A stretch of 60,325 bases of DNA, filler included. It is 3 parts of 3 records of this genome, joined end to end, with 100 filler letters (N's around TTAATTAATTAA, not from the genome) between each part and the next. Parts side by side here need not be neighbours in the genome. Positions count along the whole stretch, not along the records: positions 17,471 to 44,059 come from DRR378314_1554; 2 more parts are not named here. One strand, 5' to 3'. This document shows positions 33,491-43,120 of this stretch, one piece after another. The position numbers and the translations under genes are program-made. Every line of letters starts with the position of its first letter. The first letter of the stretch is position 1. The notes beneath the pieces were generated by a model. It did not search any database, was not told the origin of the DNA, and worked only from the letters and a program-made list of their open reading frames with translations.

Positions 33491-34413
33491 CAAAGCCCCG
33501 CCACGTAGCCGGCCATTCGACGGCGTTGTTGCTCGTTGGGCAGAGCACCATAAAGGGCGCCCATGTTTTCCCGCATATGCTCGACGCTGGAGGTGGCCGG
33601 TATGGCACAGGTAACCGCAGGGTGGGAAAGAATGTACTTCAGGAAAAATTCCGCCCAGTTGCGGCAGCCCACGTCATCCATCCAGGGTGGCAGCGCTTCA
33701 GACTGAAAACGTTGGAACAGGCGACCACCCTGGAAAGGCCGGTTCACAATCACGGCGATACCCCGTTCCCTGGCCAGTGGCAATAACCGGTCTTCCGCTT
33801 CCCTGTCCAACACGTTGTATGTCAGTTGCACAAAATCCAGCGACTCGGTCTTCATGATGCGTTCGAAGTCCCCATGCCTGCGGCCATGGGAGGTGGTGAT
33901 GCCAATGTAGCGAACGTCGCCATCGGCTTTCATTTGTTGCAGGGTTGCCAGGTGTTGCGGCCAGGCCACCAGGTTGTGTACCTGCTGCAGGTCGAAGCGT
34001 TCAACGCCCCACTTGCTGCGTGATTCCCGATCCTGTTGCCGTGTCGCACTACCGTCCCCGGTCCAGATCTTGGTGGCGGCAAACAGCCTATCGCGGGCGT
34101 TGAGGGTGTCGAGCGCCTCACCCATCACCGTCGCCGCAGACCCATACATGGGCGAGCAGTCCACCAGGGTGCCACCGAGGTCGAAGAACGTTTTGAGCAC
34201 CTCGGTACGCTGATCAATCAGGTATTGGTCACCGCCGACATTGAACGTGCGCCAGGTACCCATGCCAACGGCTGGCAACGGTTCACCGGAGGACGGAATG
34301 GGATTCGTGATCACATTGCCTCTCGGAGCGCCCATCAGCGATGGCATTCGACATGAAAGGCCCGCCGCCGCCATAACGACCAGGAATCGCCGTCGAGTCA
34401 GTTCGCTCGCCAT
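33490..34413 (-). CDS. Aldo/keto reductase with twin-arginine (Tat)-like N-terminus
   Basis: TRRRFL plus hydrophobic stretch, then GMGTWRTF, DCSPMYG, ATKIW, QVHNL and IPATS. GGAGG RBS. Confidence 0.88.
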   Translation of the reverse strand: MASELTRRRFLVVMAAAGLSCRMPSLMGAPRGNVITNPIPSSGEPLPAVGMGTWRTFNVGGDQYLIDQRTEVLKTFFDLGGTLVDCSPMYGSAATVMGEALDTLNARDRLFAATKIWTGDGSATRQQDRESRSKWGVERFDLQQVHNLVAWPQHLATLQQMKADGDVRYIGITTSHGRRHGDFERIMKTESLDFVQLTYNVLDREAEDRLLPLARERGIAVIVNRPFQGGRLFQRFQSEALPPWMDDVGCRNWAEFFLKYILSHPAVTCAIPATSSVEHMRENMGALYGALPNEQQRRRMAGYVAGL

Positions 34414-34626
34414 ACGCCCTCCAGTTTCTGTTTCCATCATACTAATCAAGAGGTTGTGCAAAAGCTAACCAATTGATTAGCATAGGCGCTTACATCCCTT
34501 AACAAAAACGCAATATAAACAACGCCCCTACTGGCATTTTTTAACGTCATGTAGAGCCTTTCCACATAGTACACGCGTAAAATATGGGCTATTGTTAATG
34601 CACCTGAAATCGATGAGCGTCACACC

Positions 34627-36204
34627 ATGTTGCTGAAGGCACGAAGCCACCCGAACACGCCCCGTTATGGAACTTTCCGCCAGCATGGTCGAGTCGCTCG
34701 TGGCATGGTGGTTTCCACCATGGCCGCAGTCCTGTCTGTTGCCTCTGCCTGCGCCTTCTCCTCGGAGCCGGCCGACGCTGGCGGCACCACAAAAACCTGG
34801 AGCAACCAGGTACGGGATTACGCCACCAAGTCCCTGAACGATGAACAAGCGCTGAGCCTGGCCGCCATTCCCATGAACGGGCCTGGTATCGAGCAATACA
34901 TTAATGCTGATGCATTGATGAGCCCCGGTTCTATTATGAAGCTGGTCACCACCTACGCCGCGCTTGAAATCCTTGGGCCGACCTATCATTGGGACACCAG
35001 CTTCTACACCGATGGCGAGCTGGTAGGCGATACGCTCAACGGCAATTTTTACGTGGATATGGGCGGCGACCCCAAACTGACCATTGAGCGTCTCTGGAGC
35101 ATCCTGAACGAATTGCGCGGCATGGGCATCGGTGCCATCAACGGCAATTTGGTTTTGGATGGCGATGTCTTTCGGCTGGCCAACGGTCAACCGGCTTTTG
35201 ACGACAACGGCGACAATCCCCATGCACCCTTCCTGGTACAACCGTCGCCGTACCTGACCAATCTCAACCTGGTGCATTTCCAGGTGCGTGCGGATGAGCG
35301 CGGTACCCAGGCATGGAGTGCGCCCTCGCTCAACGACGTGGTGATCGACAACCGGGTTACCGCCACTGCAGACGCGCCCTGCCCGGCCCGCAGCCACTTC
35401 ACCTGGGAGCCGTTTTTCCACGAGGATCACCGGGTCACCGTAAGGGTGTCTGGCGAGCTGCCCCAGGGCTGCCGCACCACGGCCTACCTGTCGCTTCTGC
35501 CCCATGAGCAGTACACAGCCTCGCTGATACGTTCGCTGCTTTCCGATATGGGCATCACCATCAACGGCAAGAGCCTGTTGGCCAAGACACCGGATAACGC
35601 TCGCCTGCTGTTGCGAACCACCTCACCGGATCTGGTTACCATGGTGCGGGATATCAATAAATGGAGCAGCAATGTGATGGCCCGGCAGTTGCTGCTGACG
35701 CTCGGTGCGGAACATAGGCTCGAAGACGAAGAGGACGACCGCGTTGCCGGCATTCGTGTGATCGAGGAATGGCTTCAGGACAAGGGTGTTAACACCGCCG
35801 GCCTGGTGATTGAAAACGGAGCCGGCCTGACCCGCGAAGCCCGGATAACCGCCCGTCAGGGAGCGCAGATACTGCAGCACGCCTGGAACAGCCCGTTCTC
35901 TTCGGACCTGATGGCGTCAATGCCCCTGATCGCAATGGATGGAACCATGGCCAGGCGGCTGCGTAACTCCGGCCTGGATGGCCAGGGGCGTATCAAGACC
36001 GGTTACCTGGAAAACGTACGCTCCATTGCCGGTTTCACACGGGATGACACCAACACCACCTGGGCTATCGTGGGCATGATCAACAACGACCCGGCCTGGA
36101 ATGGTCAGGCGGTGCTGGATCGGATTATCTATTCCCTGCACTATCGCCCACCGACAGGTACAACCCTCTCCAGAGCCCAATCGAGCGGCACTGAGATACG
36201 CTGA
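34627..36204 (+). CDS. dacB: D-Ala-D-Ala carboxypeptidase/endopeptidase PBP4; start uncertain
   Basis: SxxK (PGSIMKL), SxN (WSSN), KTG (IKTG) and GGDP. Confidence 0.92.
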   Translation: MLLKARSHPNTPRYGTFRQHGRVARGMVVSTMAAVLSVASACAFSSEPADAGGTTKTWSNQVRDYATKSLNDEQALSLAAIPMNGPGIEQYINADALMSPGSIMKLVTTYAALEILGPTYHWDTSFYTDGELVGDTLNGNFYVDMGGDPKLTIERLWSILNELRGMGIGAINGNLVLDGDVFRLANGQPAFDDNGDNPHAPFLVQPSPYLTNLNLVHFQVRADERGTQAWSAPSLNDVVIDNRVTATADAPCPARSHFTWEPFFHEDHRVTVRVSGELPQGCRTTAYLSLLPHEQYTASLIRSLLSDMGITINGKSLLAKTPDNARLLLRTTSPDLVTMVRDINKWSSNVMARQLLLTLGAEHRLEDEEDDRVAGIRVIEEWLQDKGVNTAGLVIENGAGLTREARITARQGAQILQHAWNSPFSSDLMASMPLIAMDGTMARRLRNSGLDGQGRIKTGYLENVRSIAGFTRDDTNTTWAIVGMINNDPAWNGQAVLDRIIYSLHYRPPTGTTLSRAQSSGTEIR

Positions 36205-36516
36205 GCGATACCGATAAACGGTAGCTGACGGGGTCCCGTAGTTACCGTTCTGTCATTGACCGCCTCATAGCTCAACGCCCTCAGCCGCCACCTTGTGTGG
36301 CGCATCCGGCAACAGATGCGCCACAGCAACACCTACACCCGCAAAGTTTATTTCAATACCTTCATGCTGGCATTCAATCCCACTGCTAATCTTATGCGTA
36401 GCAGTGGTAGGTACTTTAGGTCGGCGCACGCCCTAAGAGGCGGCGCGTCAGGTGAGTACCAACAAGAGTCTGGACGGGGCATATCGCCCACGTTCCTCAC
36501 TGGAAGGAGATCGTGC

Positions 36517-36891
36517 ATGAGCAAGCATACTTCGATGTTGGGTACTGCAGGTGTCATAAGCATCGCTGTCATTGCCGGAGGCTGCGCCAGTTCGGTGGAG
36601 CGGCCGGATGGTGAACTCCGGTCCGCTGAGTCTGCCGTACAGCAGGCGGTGTCGTCCGATGCCAGGGATTTTGAACCGGTACTCCTGAACCAGGCTCAAA
36701 ACCGGGTTGCCGATGCCGAGGAGTTGATCAACCAGGAAAAATACCTTGAAGCAAGGCGCCTTCTGGAAAAGGCAGCCGTGGATGCGCAACTGGCCGGAGC
36801 TCGCTCCGAAACCGCAAAAGCCAGACACGCGGTTGAGGAGATCAATAGCAATATTGAGTCTCTTCGCAAGCGAATCGACGAACGCCAGTAA
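36517..36891 (+). CDS. DUF4398 lipoprotein
   Basis: Lipobox-like AGGC, helical A.LLEKAAVDAQLA. GGAG RBS. Paired with an OmpA-domain gene. Confidence 0.82.
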   Translation: MSKHTSMLGTAGVISIAVIAGGCASSVERPDGELRSAESAVQQAVSSDARDFEPVLLNQAQNRVADAEELINQEKYLEARRLLEKAAVDAQLAGARSETAKARHAVEEINSNIESLRKRIDERQ

Positions 36892-36912
36892 AGGCCACAT
36901 CGGAAACGGGAG

Positions 36913-37734
36913 ATGGTTATGAACAAGCGCAACATGACTTTGGGTATGGCTGTGAGCTTTTCTGTCCTCGTGGCAGGGTGCGCCAGCACGCCCCAGGATA
37001 ACGCAAAGGTTGATGAAGCACGGGCCGCCTATGACGAAATCAGCAACGACCCGAACGTTGCCCGCAGTGGCGATCGCCAGTTAAGAAGCGCGAGTGAGCA
37101 GTTGTCACGCGCTGAGAGCCTGCTTGCAGACGGTGCGGACGTTGTCGAGATTGAGCACGCCGCTTATCTTGCCAACCGGCATGCACAAATAGCCAGCCAG
37201 CAGGGAGAGCGCGCGGAGCTGCAGCAGGAGATTGATTCCGCCGAAGAGCGCCGCAAGGAACTGGAATTGCAGATGCGCGCCGACGAAGCCGAACAGGCCA
37301 GACTGGAAGCTAAGGAGCTTCGTCTGCAAATGGAAGCGATGCAGGCAGAGCAAACCGATCGGGGAATGGTATTAACCCTCGGCGATGTACTGTTCGATCT
37401 GAACAGGGCCGAATTGAAGTCTTCCGGTGAAGCGACTGTCAGACGGCTGGCCGAGTTCATGGCCGAGTACGAAAACCGGCGTGTGCGGGTGGAAGGCTAC
37501 ACCGACAGCACCGGCGAAGCGTCCTATAACCAGGGCCTGTCTGAGCGTCGTGCAGAAGCTGTTCGCGATACCCTGGTCGACATGGGCATCAGCCGTAACC
37601 GTGTTGAAATAAAAGGCTTTGGTGAAGAGTTCCCGGTCGCCAGCAATGACACGTCTGGCGGACGGCAGCAGAATCGCCGGGTAGAGATTGTCATCTCTGA
37701 TGAAGACGGCAATATCGAAGCACGGGAAAATTGA
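36913..37734 (+). CDS. DUF4398-OmpA C-like peptidoglycan-binding lipoprotein
   Basis: Lipobox VAGC, then GDVLFD, EGYTDSTG, NQGLSERRA and NRRVEI. Confidence 0.92.
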   Translation: MVMNKRNMTLGMAVSFSVLVAGCASTPQDNAKVDEARAAYDEISNDPNVARSGDRQLRSASEQLSRAESLLADGADVVEIEHAAYLANRHAQIASQQGERAELQQEIDSAEERRKELELQMRADEAEQARLEAKELRLQMEAMQAEQTDRGMVLTLGDVLFDLNRAELKSSGEATVRRLAEFMAEYENRRVRVEGYTDSTGEASYNQGLSERRAEAVRDTLVDMGISRNRVEIKGFGEEFPVASNDTSGGRQQNRRVEIVISDEDGNIEAREN

Positions 37735-37756
37735 TCGCCGCACTGACACTGGCCCA

Positions 37757-37790
37757 TAAAAAGCCCCGGTTTAACCGGGGCAACTTTTTT
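37757..37790 (+). terminator. Rho-independent terminator, possibly bidirectional
   Basis: AAAAA-GCCCCGGTT-T-AACCGGGGC-AAC-TTTTTT between convergent genes. Confidence 0.75.
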
Positions 37791-37857
37791 CTTCGATGCA
37801 AAGAATCAACGCTTCCAACTGATTCTACTGAGTTGTACGTTACTCCTCACCTGTGGA

Positions 37858-39282
37858 TCAATCCGGCAATTGAATAAAGTCATCCAGCAACGTTACCGTC
37901 GCGGTGCTTGCAGGATCGGTGTTTAGACGCGCCACCGCGCTGTACACACCACCTGCTTCCAATGTCAGACTGCCGGATTTGAACAGCTCGTTGCCGCTGG
38001 TATCCGTAATGAACGCAACATAATCGTCCGGTGCAACCTGAAGGTACCCGGAGGACTCCCCGTATTCGAAATCATCCAGAGCGGGCTCGGCGTTTCCTAT
38101 CACCGTGTCCCCGGCACCGGTATCCGCCGTTGGCACCAGGTACACATCAACCACCTGCGCTTCGACGGCACCATGAATGACCCGGAGTTTCGCCGCAGTG
38201 GCAATGCGCCGATTGTCATCCGGGAACACCAGAGGCTCTATGGTGGTGCCGGTTGAACCTGCCGCCAGGATGGTCAGCAACTGCCCGTTGGCAAAATCGA
38301 TCGTTTCGTCGATAACGGCAGTCGTGTCGCCGGTTGCGGTTATGGCCAAGCGGTTATCACCCACATCCAGGCCCACGTAGGAACCTGTCGTCGCGACCTC
38401 CGGTACCGTTTCACCAAACGCCAGGCCGGTGACAGCGGCGGAGGTTCCATCCGGTTCAGTGTTCAGGTACACGTCCACTTCTCCCGCATCGGCGGAATTG
38501 TGGGCCGCACGCAGGCCGGCTCCGGTATCAGCATCCAGGATTTCCGTGGTCTCTCCGCCGTTTACCACCAGCAGGCTCACGGGCGAATCCCCGTATACAG
38601 TGTTGTCGATGGCGCCGATCAGCAGATCCGCACCGGCAGGCAGTGGTACCTCACCGCTATCATAGACAACGGTATCACTGTTTTCGGGTGTTACCCGGAT
38701 GCGGTAGGTGTCCGCGCCCACTTCCAGGGGGCCAACGTCCTCCCCGAACGAGAAGGTGAAGCTTGGGTCCGCCGGCAACGCGTCTCCGGCGCTCGCAGCG
38801 CTGAGATAGACGTCAACCGCGCCCCCTGCAGCCTGTTGGGCCACGGGCGACATATGCACAACCCTCAACCTGACGGAATCAGGGTCATTGCGCGCACCGT
38901 CGTCTTCGAGGATAACCGGGGCAACCGTGTCCGCGCCGACGCTGCCTGTCGCAATCACATCGTAGTTGATACCTTCCTCAAACGTCAGATCAGCTGGTCC
39001 AATCACCGTTGTCGTGGTGTCACCGGGAAGTTGGCCATCAACGGTCACGGAATACGTACCCACAGACGGGTTCAATACCGCCGCCTGTTTGAAATCCGCG
39101 CCCGGAACGGCCACATCGCCGTCAATACCAACGTTGACGGCTGGTGCATCGGATACCCCATGAACCACACGCACCTGAGTCGTCACAGGCTCAGGGTCTG
39201 AGGAACTGCTGGAACCATCGAAACAACCTGCGAGCATTACAGAACCCGCTATTACGATCGGTAATGCGTATCTATTTGTCAT
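37858..39282 (-). CDS. DUF4397-repeat lipoprotein
   Basis: Lipobox LAGC with four repeats of [VL]R[VA].H...(A)..V[DN]V; highly acidic. Confidence 0.85.
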   Translation of the reverse strand: MTNRYALPIVIAGSVMLAGCFDGSSSSSDPEPVTTQVRVVHGVSDAPAVNVGIDGDVAVPGADFKQAAVLNPSVGTYSVTVDGQLPGDTTTTVIGPADLTFEEGINYDVIATGSVGADTVAPVILEDDGARNDPDSVRLRVVHMSPVAQQAAGGAVDVYLSAASAGDALPADPSFTFSFGEDVGPLEVGADTYRIRVTPENSDTVVYDSGEVPLPAGADLLIGAIDNTVYGDSPVSLLVVNGGETTEILDADTGAGLRAAHNSADAGEVDVYLNTEPDGTSAAVTGLAFGETVPEVATTGSYVGLDVGDNRLAITATGDTTAVIDETIDFANGQLLTILAAGSTGTTIEPLVFPDDNRRIATAAKLRVIHGAVEAQVVDVYLVPTADTGAGDTVIGNAEPALDDFEYGESSGYLQVAPDDYVAFITDTSGNELFKSGSLTLEAGGVYSAVARLNTDPASTATVTLLDDFIQLPD

Positions 39283-39374
39283 TGTGTGCTCCTTCAATGC
39301 AGATGAGTCTTAACTGCGATGACATGGTTCGAACCTGCACAGATTCAGTCCCTGATCTATGTGTCAAAACTCAT

Positions 39375-39462
39375 TACGGGGAGGATCTGGAAACGGATTT
39401 ACAGAATTTGACATTCATGTTTAAAGTGAAGAACCGCCATCCAAACCCGGAATGCCGGCGTA
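39375..39462. promoter_or_regulatory. Two divergent ECF-sigma-like promoters (ATCC-N16-CGTA)
   Basis: Minus strand: ATCC at 39398-39395 and CGTA at 39378-39375. Plus strand: ATCC at 39439-39442 and CGTA at 39459-39462. Confidence 0.55.
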
Positions 39463-39514
39463 TAGACCAGGTCGGGCTACCCCAATTTCGCTGCAACCCG
39501 CGAGAGGACCTTCC

Positions 39515-40384
39515 ATGAATCGGACCGTTTCCATTGCGCTGCTCAGCCTCGTACTCCTGGCCGGCTGCAGTTCCACCAAGATGGCGTATCGTTATGCAGA
39601 TTGGGGCATCGTTTGGTGGGTGGAGGACTACATTCCCATGACGTCCGAGCAGGAATCCCGGCTTGAGCAGGACATCCGCGATATCCGCCAGTGGCATTGT
39701 GCCACTGAGTTGCCACGTTATTCCGAGTGGCTTACCCAGTTGAAAAGCGATGTTCGGTCTGGTGATTTAAGCCAGCCCACGGTTGTCCACCACCAGGAAC
39801 AACTGCTTTCCTTTTTTCCCCCTCTTATGGAACGCGCGAGGCCAGCCGCCACACGCCTGCTATCAAGCCTTAGCGATGAGCAGGTCCAACAGTTAGCCAG
39901 CAACATGGCGGAGAGCCAAAAGGACCTGGAGGAAGAGCTCCTGGCGGACGATCCAGAACAAACCCGGGAAGCCAGGGCCGACCGCACGATGGAACGGGTC
40001 GAACGTTGGCTCGGCACCCTCAATGATCGCCAGCGAGACACCGTCAGTGCCTGGTCGGAAAACCGTGGTAAGCAGACGGAAATCTGGCTGGAGGGACGTC
40101 GTAACTGGCAGCAGGCGTTAATCGATGCGCTGGAAACACGCAACAGCGATGGCTTTTCGGAGCGGGTTCGTTACCTGATGAACAACTACGAGGAAGTTCG
40201 GGGGGAAAGATACCAACGCATGATGTCAGACAGCCGAGCCGCCATGGCGAGCCTGATGACCGACCTGTTACAACAGGCCGACCAGCGCCACCTGGATCAC
40301 CTGCTGGAACGGGCGGAAAGCATGCGGGGAGATTTCGATACCCTCGCCTGTAACGGCGAGGATACCGGAAGCCTTAGCGGCTAG
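39515..40384 (+). CDS. DUF6279 family lipoprotein
   Basis: Lipobox LAGC, AYRYADW, WH..ELPRY, LSDEQV and W.G.L...Q. GAGG RBS. Confidence 0.8.
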   Translation: MNRTVSIALLSLVLLAGCSSTKMAYRYADWGIVWWVEDYIPMTSEQESRLEQDIRDIRQWHCATELPRYSEWLTQLKSDVRSGDLSQPTVVHHQEQLLSFFPPLMERARPAATRLLSSLSDEQVQQLASNMAESQKDLEEELLADDPEQTREARADRTMERVERWLGTLNDRQRDTVSAWSENRGKQTEIWLEGRRNWQQALIDALETRNSDGFSERVRYLMNNYEEVRGERYQRMMSDSRAAMASLMTDLLQQADQRHLDHLLERAESMRGDFDTLACNGEDTGSLSG

Positions 40385-40404
40385 GTCGTTACGGGGTACC
40401 CGGC

Positions 40405-41175
40405 TCAGATGGTCAGGTAGCCTCCGTCCACATTAATACAGGTGCCCGTGGTGTAGCTGGACGCGCCTGACGCCAGGTACAGGACGGTACCGGCCATTTC
40501 ATCAGGATCTGCCACCCGTTTCATCGGAATATGGGCCATAGCCTGTTTTTTGATGGCGTCGTTGGAGGTCAGTGCACTGGCGAACTTGGTGTCGGTGAGC
40601 CCTGGCAGCAGAGCGTTTACTCTCACCTTTTGCTGCCCCAGTTCCATGGCGAAGGACTTGGTCATGGAAATCACCGCCGCCTTGGTGACGGAATAGATAC
40701 CCTGGAAATGGCCCGGGTTGACGCCATTTACAGAGGCCACGTTGATAATAGACCCGCCACCATTCTTCTTCATGATCTGCGCGCCGCGGGCACACATGAA
40801 GAAGTAGCCGCGAATGTTCACGTCCACAGTCTTGTGGTACGCGCCCAGATCCGTGTCTTCGATAGGGCCGAAATAGGGATTGGCAGCGGCATTGTTCACC
40901 AGAACATCCAGCTTGCCGTGTTTCGATTCGATGTGCTGCCAGATATCTTCGATCTGATCCATTTCACCAATGTGGCAGGCATAGGCTTCTGCACTGCCGC
41001 CAGCCTCACGAATGCTACTGGCAACAGCCTCGCAACCATCAATCTTGCGGCTGCTGACAATCACGTGGGCGCCGTAACTGGCCAGGGTGCGGGCGATGCT
41101 CTCGCCGATACCACGGCTGGCGCCGGTAATCAGGGCCACTTTTCCACTCAGATCAAACAGGTCTTGCTTGCTCAT
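40405..41175 (-). CDS. Short-chain dehydrogenase/reductase (DHRS4-like)
   Basis: Motifs TGASRGIG, SSRK, NNAAANP and YSVTK. Confidence 0.92.
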   Translation of the reverse strand: MSKQDLFDLSGKVALITGASRGIGESIARTLASYGAHVIVSSRKIDGCEAVASSIREAGGSAEAYACHIGEMDQIEDIWQHIESKHGKLDVLVNNAAANPYFGPIEDTDLGAYHKTVDVNIRGYFFMCARGAQIMKKNGGGSIINVASVNGVNPGHFQGIYSVTKAAVISMTKSFAMELGQQKVRVNALLPGLTDTKFASALTSNDAIKKQAMAHIPMKRVADPDEMAGTVLYLASGASSYTTGTCINVDGGYLTI

Positions 41176-41191
41176 TCCTCACCTCAATTCG

Positions 41192-41881
41192 TTATCGGAA
41201 GGTCACCAGGGAGGGGTCTTCCGCTTCCAGATGGCTGTAATTGTTGAACACCGCCAGGCTGCGCCGGGCTCCGGAATGCAGAACCCGGGTAACGCTGGTG
41301 TTGGCAATCACGGAATTCATGTCCAGGGCCTTGCGATCACTCAGTTCCAGCAGATGCTGGGCGATCACCGCAATCGGGCCGCCGGATGTGGAGACCAGGG
41401 TCTCGCCACCGTCGGCGTATTCAATCAGTTGATCCAGCGACGTAATCACCCGCTGACGGAATGCTTCCCAGGTTTCGGTGTACTCATGATCGTGTCCGCC
41501 GTTAACCCAACGTTGCATGGCTTCCTCGAACACGTGCTGGAACGCCCTTGCCGGCTTGGGAAAGGCCGCCAGATCCCGCGCCATACGTTCGCGGTCTTCC
41601 CATTCGGGACGCAAACGCTCCACCACCTGGGTATGGTCAAACTCGTTGAACCCCTCCACCGCCTGCATGTCTGGCAGTGCTTCACCGTACCCGCTGGTGA
41701 TGGCCTCAACGGTTTCCCGATGGCGTTCCATGTTGCCGCCAAAGACGGCGTTGGGCGTCACCTTGCCCGCAAGCCACCGACCGAGGACTCGCCCCTGCTC
41801 CCAGCCACGGGGCGAGAGCTGGTCGTAGTTTTCCTTGCCGAAACTGGCCTGCCCATGGCGAATCAGATAGATGGTTGCCAT
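41192..41881 (-). CDS. Histidine phosphatase family protein
   Basis: Motifs LIRHGQASFG..YDQLS, TSGGPI and FNNYSHL. Confidence 0.9.
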   Translation of the reverse strand: MATIYLIRHGQASFGKENYDQLSPRGWEQGRVLGRWLAGKVTPNAVFGGNMERHRETVEAITSGYGEALPDMQAVEGFNEFDHTQVVERLRPEWEDRERMARDLAAFPKPARAFQHVFEEAMQRWVNGGHDHEYTETWEAFRQRVITSLDQLIEYADGGETLVSTSGGPIAVIAQHLLELSDRKALDMNSVIANTSVTRVLHSGARRSLAVFNNYSHLEAEDPSLVTFR

Positions 41882-42945
41882 TACAGGTCACTCGCCTCGA
41901 TAAGTCGCTGACAGCGTTTTTCCAGGTAGTTGGCAGCATGGCCAAAGGCGGCAAAGCGCTTATCCTTGGTCTGACCATGGTAGTAGCGGTAGTAAATCTG
42001 CTGGACGATCACCGCCAGCCGGAACAGGCCATAGATTTCATAGAAATCGAAGTTGTCGATTTTGCGGCCGGATTTCTCGGCGTAGTAAGCAACCACTTCC
42101 TTGCGGGTCAGCATGCCCGGCTGGTGGGTGGGCTGGCGACGCAACATCTGGAACGGGCCTTCGTCGTCGGCCTGGATCCAATAAGCCAGGCTGTTGCCCA
42201 GATCCATCAATGGGTCGCCAATGGTGGCCATTTCCCAGTCCAGTACACCGATGACCTCGAACGGGTTGTCCTGGTTGAGCACGACGTTGTCGAAGCGAAA
42301 GTCGTTGTGGATGACCACCTGGGCGACATCGTCCGGCATCTTGTCATCCAGCCAGCCCATCACCGCTTCAAAGTCGCCGACATCGTCGGTCTTGGCCTTG
42401 CGGAAACGGTCGCTCCAGCCGCCAATCTGCCGCTGCACGTAACCGGCACCCTTGCCCAACTTATCCAGGCCGGTGGCCTTGGCGTCGACATTGTGGAGGT
42501 CCACCAGCTTGTCGATCACATTCAGGCACAGCTTGCGGGTATCGCCCTCACTAAGCTCGAAGTCCTTGGGAAAGTCCTGGCGCAGAATGATGCCTTTCAA
42601 GCGCTCCATGACATAGAAATCGCAACCCAGAACGTCGTGATCGTCGCAGATGGCGACAATGTTCGGCACATACGGGAATTCGGGCTTGAGAGCCCGCATT
42701 ACCTTGGCTTCCCGCAGCATGTCGTGTGCAGACTTGGCAATATGGCCAAACGGCGGGCGCCGCAATACGTAGGAACGATCGCCGTAATCCACCTGATACG
42801 TCAGATTGGACGCACCACCGGGGTACTGTTTAATCTGCGGCTGGCCTTCCAGATCCGGAATGGCCTGCTTCATAAAGCGGTCGACGGCCGCAACATCCAG
42901 CTCTTCGCCTTCGCGGATATCAACAGCCTGGTCAATCTGGGTCAT
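41881..42945 (-). CDS. APH-family phosphotransferase (ACAD10/11 N-terminal-like, LvaA-like)
   Basis: Motifs GGASNLTY, LRRPP, AHDMLRE, HNDFRFDN and LDWEMATIGDPLMDL. Confidence 0.9.
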   Translation of the reverse strand: MTQIDQAVDIREGEELDVAAVDRFMKQAIPDLEGQPQIKQYPGGASNLTYQVDYGDRSYVLRRPPFGHIAKSAHDMLREAKVMRALKPEFPYVPNIVAICDDHDVLGCDFYVMERLKGIILRQDFPKDFELSEGDTRKLCLNVIDKLVDLHNVDAKATGLDKLGKGAGYVQRQIGGWSDRFRKAKTDDVGDFEAVMGWLDDKMPDDVAQVVIHNDFRFDNVVLNQDNPFEVIGVLDWEMATIGDPLMDLGNSLAYWIQADDEGPFQMLRRQPTHQPGMLTRKEVVAYYAEKSGRKIDNFDFYEIYGLFRLAVIVQQIYYRYYHGQTKDKRFAAFGHAANYLEKRCQRLIEASDL

Positions 42946-42989
42946 TCGGCTCTCCTCTGTTTAAACGATGGCGGTCAATAGCGCCAGTC

Positions 42990-43095
42990 AGCAAGGCGGC
43001 AGGTCTCTTCAGAACACGCTGTAAATACGTCCCTGTACGCTCGTCCTCCGCCATCCATGGCTCCGGACGGTTCTGAAGAGACCTGCCGCCTTGCT
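42990..43095. repeat. MITE/REP-like palindromic intergenic element
   Basis: Perfect 26-bp inverted repeats (42990-43015 and 43070-43095) flank a core containing CTCCGCCATCCATGGCTCCG. Confidence 0.85.
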
Positions 43096-43120
43096 TCCTT
43101 ATCTCGCAGTAGACTGATAC

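Noticed and set aside
36295-36516. N-terminal extension of the DUF4398 ORF
   Set aside because: The RBS and lipoprotein signal place the start at 36517.
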